The notes under the pieces are model-generated. The model was not told where the DNA came from. It saw only the letters and a list, made by a program, of their open reading frames with translations, and made no database searches. A stretch of 64,000 nt of DNA from Yuukianura sp. NJ FZ-2021 (taxonomy: Eukaryota): the NCBI GenBank assembly GCA_046563655.1, contig CM102286.1, positions 14,074,001-14,138,000 on the forward strand, given 5' to 3'. Numbering within the stretch: the first letter of the stretch is position 1; each line of letters begins with the position of its first letter. A program made the position numbers and the translations under genes. Below are positions 1 through 11,795 of this stretch, one piece after another.

Positions 1-890
1 GCCGATAAATAGGGTATGAAATAATATTTAAATTTTTTTTAAATTTAACCTGCTCTAGTTGTGCTTGGAGCAACCAGTTGTGCTTGTTCTGAAAAATCGG
101 GGACATTCGGCTGCCTTAATCGATGATACGTGCGATGATGTAAACTGGAAATTCGTTTCCGTTTTGGTATTGGTCCATTTTCAATCAAACTCAAAACGTC
201 AGTGTCTTCGTACTTTCTTCTTCTCGGATTACTCATACTGTTCAATTAATTACTAAATTTTAACTCTAATTAACAAATTTGCTAATAATTGAATTTGTAT
301 TGAAGGAAACAGGACAAATACTATTCAATTTAAAAAAAAAATCTTTCTGAGAAATTCTGCAACACAATATTTTCTGGCCCAAATCCAATTCGACTCGGAA
401 TTCATCGGTTTTGTTTTCAACCTTGTACTACCCGGAATACTAAAAACCGGGTATCGCAAGTTATGCTGAAGGTTTTGTTCAATGTATTGAAATTTTTACT
501 TTTGTGTTAATTGACCATGAGCAATAACCACGAGCTGGTCAATTTAAAAGTAAAATGAGCCGCATGCTAATTCCAAAATTTCGATAATTGAGTAACAATA
601 ATTGTTACTCAGCAATTTTCAGCAATTATTACTGAAATTGTGAACTTGAACTTAATTCTTTCAAACTCTAAATATTGCTAAAGACGCAACATTCTGACAA
701 TTTGCACCTCAAAATTTGAAATTCCAAGTAAAATTGAAACTAAACTTAACCGGTGAGTTAACTGTTAGCAATTGGACACTTTGCAAAGAAGTTTTTTAAA
801 AATCTGCCTGTTCCAACGTAGAAGTCAACTCGACAATAATTGTGTTTTTTTTTAAACTAAATTTTGTCAACGCGCTGACGCAGCGTCAAC

Positions 891-2405
891 ATGGGTGACA
901 GTGACACTACAAAGCTTATTAAAAATTGTCAGAAGATTCCTTCAGTAGGTTTTTCAAAACCAACAAAGTTTTTGAAATAAAATATTTTTGAAATCGAAAT
1001 TTTTTGAAAAGAAAATTTTTTTTAGGAATCTGAGTCTGACTCCTCATCAGACACGTCGCCAGACGACACTTCAGTTCCCTTTCGTCCTCGGCGTACCGAT
1101 CGCATCATGTCCGTAGAAAACACGACTTTAACTGAAATCATAACAATTTATGAAAAATTGAAAAAAGGGCGGGAAAACCGTGTTCTAATGAAATCCAAAC
1201 TGGAATTTCCCGCTCACCGCAACAAATGTGACATGACCGGTACGGTTTTTGTAGACGACGGTACAACTGCAAGTGAAACGATTCCGATGGTACCGACTTT
1301 CAATGCCGGACCAGAAAAAAGTGTCATTTCGATTCTGGATTTTAACAAATTCAAAAATTTCCGGCACACCAAGTACTTGTACTACTCTCAAAAAGTTGGA
1401 CTTTTACAGTGTGACTTTATTGAAAACCTTGGACAAAGTTTTGCTGAATTGCTCAAAGGAAAAAATTATTGGCTCAACATTTACGATCCCGACGAAGAGG
1501 ATTTTTCTATTTTATTTAACAGTTATGGCGTTCATGATTTGACGATCAATGACATTCGAGAAGGCTACACTGAAGAAAAATTAGAAGTATTTGAACATTA
1601 TACTTTTGTATCTATGCGTCTAATGTCCGAAAACAAAAACAATAACGACACAGACAAAAGTGGCCAAAAAGATGACGATGACGTAGATTTTAATATCTTA
1701 TTGTTCAAACATTTTGTTATAACAATACACGAAAAACATTGGCCAAGTATCAACGATATTCTGGGCTTTTTGAATCTGATTACACATAATGCGCATGCGC
1801 CATTATCACCCGACTGGGTTTTCTTTTCAATTTTTATTGAAATGAATCAAGATGCAAAGTACATTATGAATTTAATTGAACCTAAAATTGATGAAATTAG
1901 ACTCGGTAACAAATCGGTTGAAGTCATGAAAAGGAATTTTGACCTCGAATTGGAAGTTTACGGTATTTCGAGATTTATTAAACCCAAAATGAAAATTTTG
2001 AGACAACTGAAACAAAAGTGTGAAAAACGGTGTAATCCTAGTGTACTGAGACTACTGGGTGAAATACTGGAGGATTTGGGAGAACAATTGTATGACCTTA
2101 AACAATTTAATGTCATTTTAGAGAGGTCACAAGACACTTTTTTGACTTTGATTGCTTCAGATCATTCCAGACAAGCTTGTGATGATAATAGAATTATGAA
2201 AAGAATTTCAGAACTTGCTTTGTTTTTTATTCCGTTTAACCTCATTGCACTTTTTATGGGGACGAATGTTGAAATTCCATTTCAAAATTCACATTATGAT
2301 TCGGAAATTTACTTTTTTGGGCTTATTTTGATCAGTACAGTGCTGGGGGCGATGTTATTCTATTTACGTCGATTTATATTTTCATATTCAAAAGATATTG
2401 CATAA
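891..2405 (+). CDS. CorA/Alr1-Mnr2-like Mg2+ transporter, copy 1 (exons 891-944, 1026-2405)
   Basis: WLNIYDP...HDLTINDIREGYTEEKLEVFEHYTF and FVITIH match the fungal-type CorA soluble domain. Two C-terminal hydrophobic helices carry FMGTNVEIPF at the GMN position. A short ATG exon at 891 splices in phase 0 (GT 945, AG 1025) into the long ORF. Confidence 0.85.
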
Positions 2406-2849
2406 CTTACTGTGAATTTAAGCAGTTGTGCAGTAGGTATTTCGTATTGAGTGGGTTTAATTAATTGTAATTATATAAAAGCTTATTACAATTATATGTA
2501 ATTCTAATTACATAGATTTTAATTAAAAGTAATTGTAATTACATCTGACGACTTACAAGTTACAACTTTGCAGGTAGTGTGCGAATGAATTAAAAACCTA
2601 AGAACAAAAATTTTAAGATTTTTTTTTTTGCAATTTTCTGTTTTCATTTGTTACGTGGTAAAATTTAAAATTTGTGTTAAATTTTAAGTTAAAAGTGCTA
2701 TAAAAACTTAAACATATGCCATCTTTAAGTTTTTATACGTTGTTTTATCCTTGTGTGATGATTCATGTGTTTTTTTTTTTTGTTTTTTGAAAATTAATTT
2801 TTCATGGTACAAATTTGGTTTTGGCGGGAAAATTTAAATTTTGGCAGCT

Positions 2850-4395
2850 TTAGTTGTTGAAGCTATGTGCATCCTCCATGTCATCATCCAAAATTTCGTT
2901 TAAAGACGTTTGATTCAACATGTTCGTATCCGACCGAATGAATTTAGGAGTTCGTACGGTGTAGAATCCGCAAGTACCGACGACTTGGAGCAGTTCCGTT
3001 TTGTATCCCGGTAGAACTACAAATGTCAACGTGTGAATAGTTTCTTCGGATCGGACCTCTACGGATTTTTTCGTCCAGGAACCAAAGTTGGCCATAAGTA
3101 ATTTTCCGAGTGATGCCGAATCGTATCCAAGTTTGTCATAAGCTTCTGTGTCGCCTTTGGCCGCCAAATCCGAACGTCCAAGTCCAACTTTCTTTTGATA
3201 AGTGCATGTCAGCGGTGTGACGCCTTCGGTATTGTCACATTCCTTGACAACGTCCCAAGTTTCTTCCGGTGTACAGTTTTTAGCGGGATTCGGCACGTCA
3301 CAACATACCATGTCAACATTGTTCAAGCCAGTGTCATCCCCTGAAAAATTTCCAAGGTCACGATAAGCATGGTTGGCAAAAATATGTGCCAAAAAAACCA
3401 AAATATTGACAAAAAATTTTCTCTTTTTTTAAATCGCCCATATATACACTAATTTACAGCGCTGCCAAAAATATTTATTGAAAACCAGCGAAATATTTAA
3501 ATAAATGCAATATTCATTGTAAACGCTTGAAATATTTACTAACTTAACATTAAGGATATCGGAAAATAAATCAATATTTAGCAACAAAAAGACCTAAAGT
3601 ATTTTTTTTTGTTAACATTACAGGAACGGAAACTATATATTTTTGGTAAGTCAGCTAATTTAAAATTAAGGGCATGGGCAAATAAATAAATATTTAGCAA
3701 TGAAAATCCCCCAAATGTTTTGTTATTTATGTTACGAGCATGGAGACTAAATATGTTTGACATCCCTGTCCGCATAAACTTCATGCAAAATTTAAAATTT
3801 GGCAGAAAAACTTACGCTTCCCGCGGTATGGTTCCACTTGCGTCCGGAATCCACAGACGGCTTGTCGTTCTAGACAGTGTTGCGCAGAAGTCCAAGTTCC
3901 CTCAGTCGTTCCGTAACCTTCGACACTCACTCGCTTCTCGGAACAAAACAAATTCAAATTGTTTGCTGCCGTGTCATCCCGAGTATTCTTTCCAAAGATC
4001 CAACTGAAGAAGTTTGCGCCCTTTGACCTCTCTGACCTCAACTGAAATCCAGTCACAAAAGTGTGTTCTGGACAGAACAATACGGTTCCCCAACTGCCAT
4101 ATCCTCCTTCTTCTGATATAATGACACTCGCATTGTAGTGGTTCACTGGTTTCCCAATGGGAGAACAATGGAGTCGGATTGCATTCAAGGCAGTGTTGTC
4201 CGTGTATCCGAAGATACCCGGTTTTCGGATCGGCTCCACTTTGAGTTGCATGCCGTTGACATACTGGCCAGGGGGGCAGTGGACCAGTTGACCCCAGTGA
4301 CCCCATGTTGTCACACGCGGAGAGTGGATGACATAGTTACTCCCTCCAACAGCCACCAACAGGGTCACAGCAATTGTCAAACAAGATAACGTCAT
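2850..4395 (-). CDS. Secreted VMO-I (beta-prism I) domain protein with C-terminal beta-rich extension (exons 4395-3816, 3340-2850)
   Basis: Signal peptide MTLSCLTIAVTLLVAVGG. Three VMO-I repeats: WGHWG..CPPG..DNTALNAIRLHC; YGSWG..CP..DDTAANNLNLFC; GTWT..C..DDTGLNNVDMVCC. A phase-1 GT-AG intron 3815-3341 joins the two ORFs in frame. Confidence 0.85.
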
Positions 4396-5326
4396 TTTGA
4401 TTACAAATTTTGAAAAACTAAAAAAAAATTTCAAAAAGTTGTTTTTGTGAACTAAAGTTAGACATGAACCGTGTTGTGTACCATTAAAAACTAAACTGCT
4501 GTAGTTATGTTTTGTGTTGCTAGAAAGTTGTTTAGTTTTCACACAGATTAGCTTACACAGAAGTTAAACTAAAGAAAGTGAGATAAAAAGTTCAAATTGA
4601 CCTTTGACCTCACTTTGAGCCATTTCGATAACGCAAGAACCTAACACTTCCTTCTTCTCAATGTCACTTTATCATTTCCATGTCTAACTACGTCTAAAAC
4701 TTTAAACAACATCTATTAAAAAGTACATTTGAACAGTTGAATTTATTGCGTCACATTTTAAACTAGTCACAATTTTTTCAGGGTGACTCAAATTCCAATT
4801 CTTTTCAAACGAATTAAAAACAAGGATCGAATATCACAAAAGTTTTGACTGAAAAAAATTCTTATGTCAAAAAACTGTTTCAATTTGTGGAGTTACGACT
4901 ATGAGTCATAAAAAATCTTCACTTCCAGCAGTTTCTTCTGCTGATTTAAAAAATTTTCTCATACATTTGAAAAAATGACTTTTAAAAGAACAGCAAGTTC
5001 TATGTAACTTACATGTCTGAACGAGCCTCTTAGAAATTTTTGAAAACATAATTTCAAAATTCTGTTTTAAATTTTGAAAAGATTTGAAGATTGGCATAAA
5101 CTTCTGCGTTTTAGTACTTACGTTAGCTTCTGTAAAATGTGTGAAGTTATGAATTTCAATTGGAAGCAATTTGTATGGAAAATGAAAGGATTTGAGAACT
5201 TTGCTTAATTGGGCCTAAATTTCACACCTCTAATTATGAAAAGTGGGAAATTCCAGATTTTAACTCACAGAGATCGACTGATTTTTCAAATCACTTTATT
5301 TCATCAGTGCGATTTTAGAAACCAAA

Positions 5327-7244
5327 ATGGCTGCTCGCCGCCGAGGAGTTTTGGAGCAGGTAAGAAAAATTTGGATTCTTGAATTTTTGAAAAATCGAAA
5401 AAATATCTGTAAACGTTCATTCAAAATATGGATTTTGTATTTTTTTTAATTTGTGTGATGATGACGTTTTCAAGCCCGTTCGGTTCAACTTGAGTGAACA
5501 TGACGATCACGGCGAGGAGGTCATTGACCTCAGACCAAGGTCAGCCGAACCCACGCGCCGACGCAGATTAATGTCCGTTGAAAACACAACTTTAACTGAA
5601 GTTATAACAATTTACGAAAAGTTGAAAAAAGGGCGGGACAATCGCGGTGCACATCACGTGCCATTTGACATGACTTCGCGCCGAGTCAGATTCAGCACTT
5701 CCGGTGCAAATGGACCAATCCCGGTCATCCCAATTTTTAACATTCCAGCCGAAAAACAAGGCATTTCACTTCTGGATTTCAATCGATACCAAAATTTCCA
5801 TCCTAGTAAATATTTGTACTTTTCTGAAAAAACGAATCTCCTTCAGTCGAAATATTTGAATACACTTTCTCCCGTATATTCGAACCTGCTTACAGACAAG
5901 AATTACTGGTAAGGGAAAACTAGTAAATTCGAAAATTTTGAAAAAAAAAACTTCGAAAATATTTTTGAAAATCTTTAGGCTAAATATTTTCGACCCTGAC
6001 GAAGACGACTACTCACTGCTTTTTCACAGTTTTGGAGTTCACGATTTAACAATTAACGACATCCGGGAAGGAAATACTGAAGAAAAATTAGAAGCTTTTG
6101 AGCATTACACTTTCCTATCTCTGCGTCTAATTCGCGAAAATATGAAAGAACAAAAACGAAATGAAGATGTGGATTTTAATATTCTGCTTTTCAAAGACTT
6201 TGTTATCACGATCCACGAAAAAAATTGGCCCAGTATCACCGACATTCTTGGATTTCTGAACCTCTTAACCGCAAATTCAAAAACGGCGCTCTCCCCTGAT
6301 TGGATTTTGTTTTCAATTTTTATTGAAATGAACCAAGATGCCAAGTACATCATGAGTTTCATCGAACCCGAAATTAATAAAATCCGAATCGGAAGTAAAT
6401 CGGTTGACATCATGCGCCGAAATTTCGAAATGGAGTTACAAGTTTACTCGATTTCAAGATTTATCAAACCCAAAACAAGAATTTTGCGTCAATTGGGTGT
6501 CAAATGTGCTAAAAGAATTAGTCCAAGTGTGGCAAAACTTTTGGGTGACATTTTGACAGAATTGAACGAACAAGCAAAGGATATTACACAATTTAAACAC
6601 ATTTTGGAACGATCACAAGACACATTTTTGGCTATTATTACTTCTGACCAAGCACGAGAGTCAAATGAGGTCAACATGGTTGTGAAGAGGATCAGTGAAA
6701 TTGCTTTGGTACTTTTGCCAATTCAAATTATAGGTAAACATTTTTCGAAATTTTGACAAAAAATTTCATGATTTTCGAAGATTTCAATTTGAGTTTGTTC
6801 GAACTGGAGGCGAAGCCCCAGCAAACTTTGCGCTGCAAACTTACTTTGTTTTTAAAAAGGAATATTTTTTTTTGGATTAGTTTTGAATTCTTTTTTTGTT
6901 TTATTTTTTCTTCATATAATTCAAATTATGGGTAAAGATTTATTGAAAATTTTATGACAAAAAAAAACTCATTTTTCTAAACACCGTAAGTTTGCTGGAG
7001 AGGCGAAGCTCCAGCAAAATTTGCGCAGCAAACTTGTTTTTACCTTATTTCTGTTTTAACTTTTGGATTTTTTAATTTTTAATTTTTTTTTTTGTGCATA
7101 GGTGGCTTTATGGGCACGAATGTTCAAATTCCATTTCAAAATTCGGTTTACCCGGACACTATTGTTTTTTGGATCATGTGTCTCCTCAGTACTTTGGTTG
7201 GGTTGACCGTATTTCTTTTTCGGAAATATATTCTGTCTTACTAA
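5327..7244 (+). CDS. CorA/Alr1-Mnr2-like Mg2+ transporter, copy 2 (exons 5327-5359, 5475-5908, 5979-6733, 7102-7244)
   Basis: Clear paralogue of 891-2405 (shared MSVENTTLTE.ITIYEKLKKGR, FIEMNQDAKYIM, ILERSQDTFL). All three GT-AG introns keep the frame. The last exon reads GGFMGTNVQIPFQ...RKYILSY*. Confidence 0.85.
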
Positions 7245-7338
7245 AAATAAAAATTATTCCATTAAAAACTTTGTGTTTAACCAAATTTTTTAGATCTGAC
7301 TGAGTAGTCAAAATGATGTCCTAGTTTCTAATTTTCCG

Positions 7339-8554
7339 CTACTTTACTTTTTTAACGTCAGTTTCAGTATCTGTGAACGTCGTTCCGTCGTCGTCATTGA
7401 CGCTTCTGTCATAAATTCCTGGATGGGCACGTGATATATGCCTCTTGAGGTTGTAGCACGACCGAGGAGTTATTCTCAGTATTGTCTGGACTCCTACTTC
7501 GTCACAGTGTTTACACAGCGCTGCATTCTTGTCGCCTTCGTCCACTAAGAAATGCTTCCAAATAGGATTGCAACTCCGGCCACCTCCTTCTGGATCGTAG
7601 ATATTCGTAAAGACTTTCTTTTCTAAACCAATAGTTTCTGCAGGAGAAAACGAAAGATTATGAGAAAGTTAAACCACAAATTAATAGTTAATCAAAGTTT
7701 TTGTGAGGCTAACTCGAAACGCCAGGTTCATCTTTGTTGTGATCTGAATCTCCAGGGTTGGACTCAACTTCAACTGAGTTCTCCTTTTCCTGTTTGATCC
7801 GTTTAGTATGTGGTGTCAATCGCTTCATGGGCTTAAGCTTAAACATCGGTTTGGTCTTCTTATCAACCAAAGTTTCTTTATCCTCGTGGCTACTGCCATC
7901 ATCTTCTTCTTGGTCGGTTCCAATTCCGTCGCCGACATTCACGGCTGGAAATACAGTTTAGACATGGTTATAGTCCAGCGAATAACTTTGTAAGTAGATT
8001 AGTACTAATGGTATGCTTTGAATTCATCAGAGATTGTTGCTCTCGTTACATGTTCGCATTCGCTTTGTTCTTTGCTGTTTGGCTCTATTTCGTCTGGCCT
8101 TGGAAGTGGAAGTCCGCTCTACTTTTAGGAGATCGTCGAATTCGAAATCCGGATCGCCTAATGCTTCCACGTCAGCACCGGCTTCAGCATTTCCAACATC
8201 AACTCCATCAGAAAATTGAAGTGTGAAGCCTTGAGAAGCCAAGTTGCCAATGTCCTTCCAATGAAACAACACGCTTTGATACAGTGTTCGTTCGCGATTC
8301 AGTAGCTCCTGCTGGACTTGAAATTGGTCTGAAAACAAAATCCAAGTTACTAATATCATTTAACTATTATTAGTATTAATTTGTATTGTAATATTACGTA
8401 ATTTATATCAAAATTCACCATTTCTATTATTGAGAATCTGTTCCACGATTGCCATCTTCATGTTCATTTCATCCTGGAATAATTTCAGTTGCTTCTCCAG
8501 CCGTTTGAATTCGTTCCCAATGTCGCCGACATCCAACTTCTCCGCACGAGTCAT
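7339..8554 (-). CDS. Coiled-coil + single BED zinc-finger protein (about 4 exons)
   Basis: N-terminal exon MTRAEKLDVGDIGNEFKRLEKQLKLFQDEMNMKMAIVEQILNNRN. Last exon NPIWKHF...ALCKHC...NLKRHISRAH fits the BED consensus. Internal exon boundaries are approximate. Confidence 0.7.
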
Positions 8555-9118
8555 CTATCAAAACGTAGAGTTAGAATAATCAATTGGTCAATTAAAAAAG
8601 TATTTCGTTAATTTTAATTATTTCGTTAGTCACTGTATTTACAACTCAACCATTCGTCAATTAGTATCGTTACCTTTAAGTCGTCAGATGAAAACGATAC
8701 GTACAGCTGATCTGGAAGTGAGGCTATTTAGATTGTTAATCGCAGCAAAGGTTGAGGATTAGTAAGGTAGTAGTTAATTTAATTGAAAACAGAGAAGAAA
8801 CAAAGTTTACTTGCCATTCAACGGTCGCACTAAAATCCCGTTCCCGCCCACATTTCCAACGCCCATTCTGAGTTTGGCTTTCAAAAAAAGTATTCGCTCT
8901 TCATTGCTTAATTTAGAATTTAATTATGAACGAATAATTAATTAATGATTAATATACACAAATTAAGTTTAACTGTCGCAATTTACACAAATACTACATT
9001 CCGAAAAGTTACAACGTTTCTGACTAGACTTTTTGAGTTATAAACCCAAATTGAATTAAAATCTAATCTGATAGAAGCGGGAATTGTCAAAAACGCATAA
9101 ACGTTTCGTTAAAACAAT

Positions 9119-11441
9119 TTAAATTGGAAACGGAAGAATCTGATCTGGTTCTGGATGTTGTTGCTGATCAATGTGCCTGTTCCGCTTATGTTCAAAGAGA
9201 CTGGATATGTACTTTGCATTGCTCTGAGGATGAATCTGTTCACATCAGGAAAGAAAAAAGTTAGGGGTAATGGCAGCACATATGATTTGAATTATTACTT
9301 GTATCGGGTTATCCAAAATCTGTTACCTTAAGATGTCTCGCGAAGTTGTGACTGCCACGCCCTCTAATTCCTTTGTTGTTTGGTTTTTTAGATGAACATT
9401 CTTTACAGCGCATGACCACGTCTGGAGTGCCACAAGTTTTCTTGCCAGTGAAGTCCACAAAGTCAAAGAATGGTTCGAGAAATTGCATCCATCCGGGCAG
9501 TTTCTCCTCGGCATCCCTTCGCTTCGTTTTTCTATTTGCATTTATAATAGATCTTGGAAGGTCTACCGTATCAGTGGTGTTTACATCCAACTCTGAGACC
9601 AAACGATCTTTGACATCATGCTGGTCGTCATCAGTTTCACGAGATTCCTTCAAAATGGAAATGGTTTTAGCAAGTGTTACCAATTGGAATTAGTTACTGT
9701 AAATGTTCTACTAGAAGCGCGCTAATAATTATTTTTCGAGTTTTGCTCCGCGCTACGATGTAGAAACAAACTTTCTGTCGGTTTTATTTCAAAACTAATT
9801 TAAATTGTGGTAAATCAATCTAACATAACAATCTTCCAGTCATCGTTTCCACTCTTTATTAATATCAGATTCTTCAATCGAACTCTCCAATTATGCAATA
9901 TCCTTCGAATTTTCACAATCTGACTGAACGATGACTTCTTTCATTTCGGACGACATAAGTCGTCGACGCCTCCCACTTAAACGCTTTTTGACAGATGATT
10001 CAACTTGAACTCCAGACTCTGATTTTGTCGCAGCAACTAAAATCGGTAGAAAAGTATAAGGACAGTTTCAGAACTTCTAACTTATTCGTCAAATCTTACC
10101 AATTTTGTCTTTTTGTTGGAGCCAACTAAATACTTGTTTACGGTGGACACCAAAGTGAGCTGCTGTTCCATCGACTGTATGATTAGATGCGTACTCGATT
10201 ACTTTTAACTTAAAGCAAAGGTCAAACGATCTCCTCGATTTTCCGGTTTCTAAGCAGCACTGGTTACGATTTGAGTAGGTGGGCAGTAGCGGAACCGGAA
10301 AAGGGCAAAGAGTAAGATTTTTGTTTTCAAAATTATTCGCGTTTATCTCTCATTTTGCCTAGCCGGAATGCGCTTTGATTAGGATGCCGCTGCTATTAGG
10401 AATCGCGTTTTAATAGAACATTTACGGTAAGTTCAATTACCTTGGTTGTTTGGTCTACTCCACCGGGTTCATCTCCCGGCTCATGGTCGTCAGGACTGTC
10501 GTCTTGCTGCGGAAAACTTATATCTGGAATGTGTTTTTTAAGATGGCGGTATAAATTCCAAGTTCCGCCGCGTCGAGTTTTCAAAATGTGCTGAGTTCCC
10601 TCGTCTTCACAAAGTTTACACATGGCAGACATTCCATTTTCCTCTCGAAGATAGTACTTCCAGATAGGATTATTACTTTTCTCGCCTTTTTTGACACTTC
10701 CCGTGGTATAAAAGTTCACATAAACTTGCTTTTCTAACCCTCTCGAATCTGGAAGATACAAATACAATACACCACTCATCATGAGACATCGAATTAAGCC
10801 AAATCAAAAAGTTAAAGAAATTACCGTAGTCACTGCATGAAATATCCTCTTGATCCTCATTTTCAGAAGTATCGAGATCTTCTTGTTCCTCATTCAATGG
10901 GTCCCCATCTTCAGGGTCCTGTTCAACTGAAAGTTTTCAATGATAAAACGTAAACCCTTCGCCTTCAACATAAAGAAATGGTGGAGTTTGGAGTATGAAT
11001 TTACTTCGTTGCCGTTTTGATTGTAGTCGTTTGGAACGTTCCCTTCTCGCCTTAGATGATGACGGTCGTTTCTTAGACACTCCCACGCCCACCAATGGAT
11101 TCACTTTTAGATCTTCACTGCCTGTTTGTGCAAAATGCAGCGATATTCCATTTGCAGCCATGTCTTCAATGTTTTTCCAATGAACCAACACTGTTTGGTA
11201 GAGGGAATGCTCTCGTTCAAGTAAATCCTTCTGGATCTGGAACTGTTCTACAAAAACAAGAAGCTTCGATAAAAATAAAAGCATAACACGTCAAAATTCA
11301 TTTTGTTTTCCAGTTACCATTTCTGTTGTTTAGAACTTGTTCAACAATGCTCATTTTCATGTTCACTTCTGCCCTAAATGTCTGAAGTGTCTTCTCCAAT
11401 TTCAGCATTTTCGCAGTCAATTCCTCGTCGGTTGAACACAT
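9119..11441 (-). CDS. Coiled-coil + two BED zinc-finger protein, paralogue of 7339-8554 (multi-exon)
   Basis: The first two exons align with the neighbour (NMKMSIVEQVLNNRN; QFQIQKDLLEREHSLYQTVLVHWK). BED1 is NPIWKYY..CKLC..NLYRHLKKH; BED2 is CKEC..NFARHLK spliced to IHPQ. No transposase catalytic domain seen. Confidence 0.7.
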
Positions 11442-11795
11442 TCTAATCAACGTCTGATCTTTGTTAATTAAATAAATGTCAACTTACAATTAAGTGTACG
11501 GTCGTACAATGCTCTGCTCTGCTGGTAACCTATAAATAAGTTTTATATCTTTCACTTGGTTTGCTTTAGAAGTTTCTTCATAACTCTCACTCCCCCGCAT
11601 CTCCGATGGGCAATTGTCGACGATTTTTATCACGATTACTGTAATCGTTGTTAGATACAGTTGAACCCAGAAACGTTCGAAAACGTTTTTTGCGATACCA
11701 TCAATAAAACTGTATTATTTACATTGTCGCATTAATAAACATGTTTATATGCTTATAATCAAGAAATAAAATAATTAATTTTAAGTCCAAAGATT

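Noticed and set aside
45..256. Short ORFs at the window start
   Set aside because: The minus-strand one may be the first exon of a gene running off the left edge, but there is no motif or second exon available to support it.
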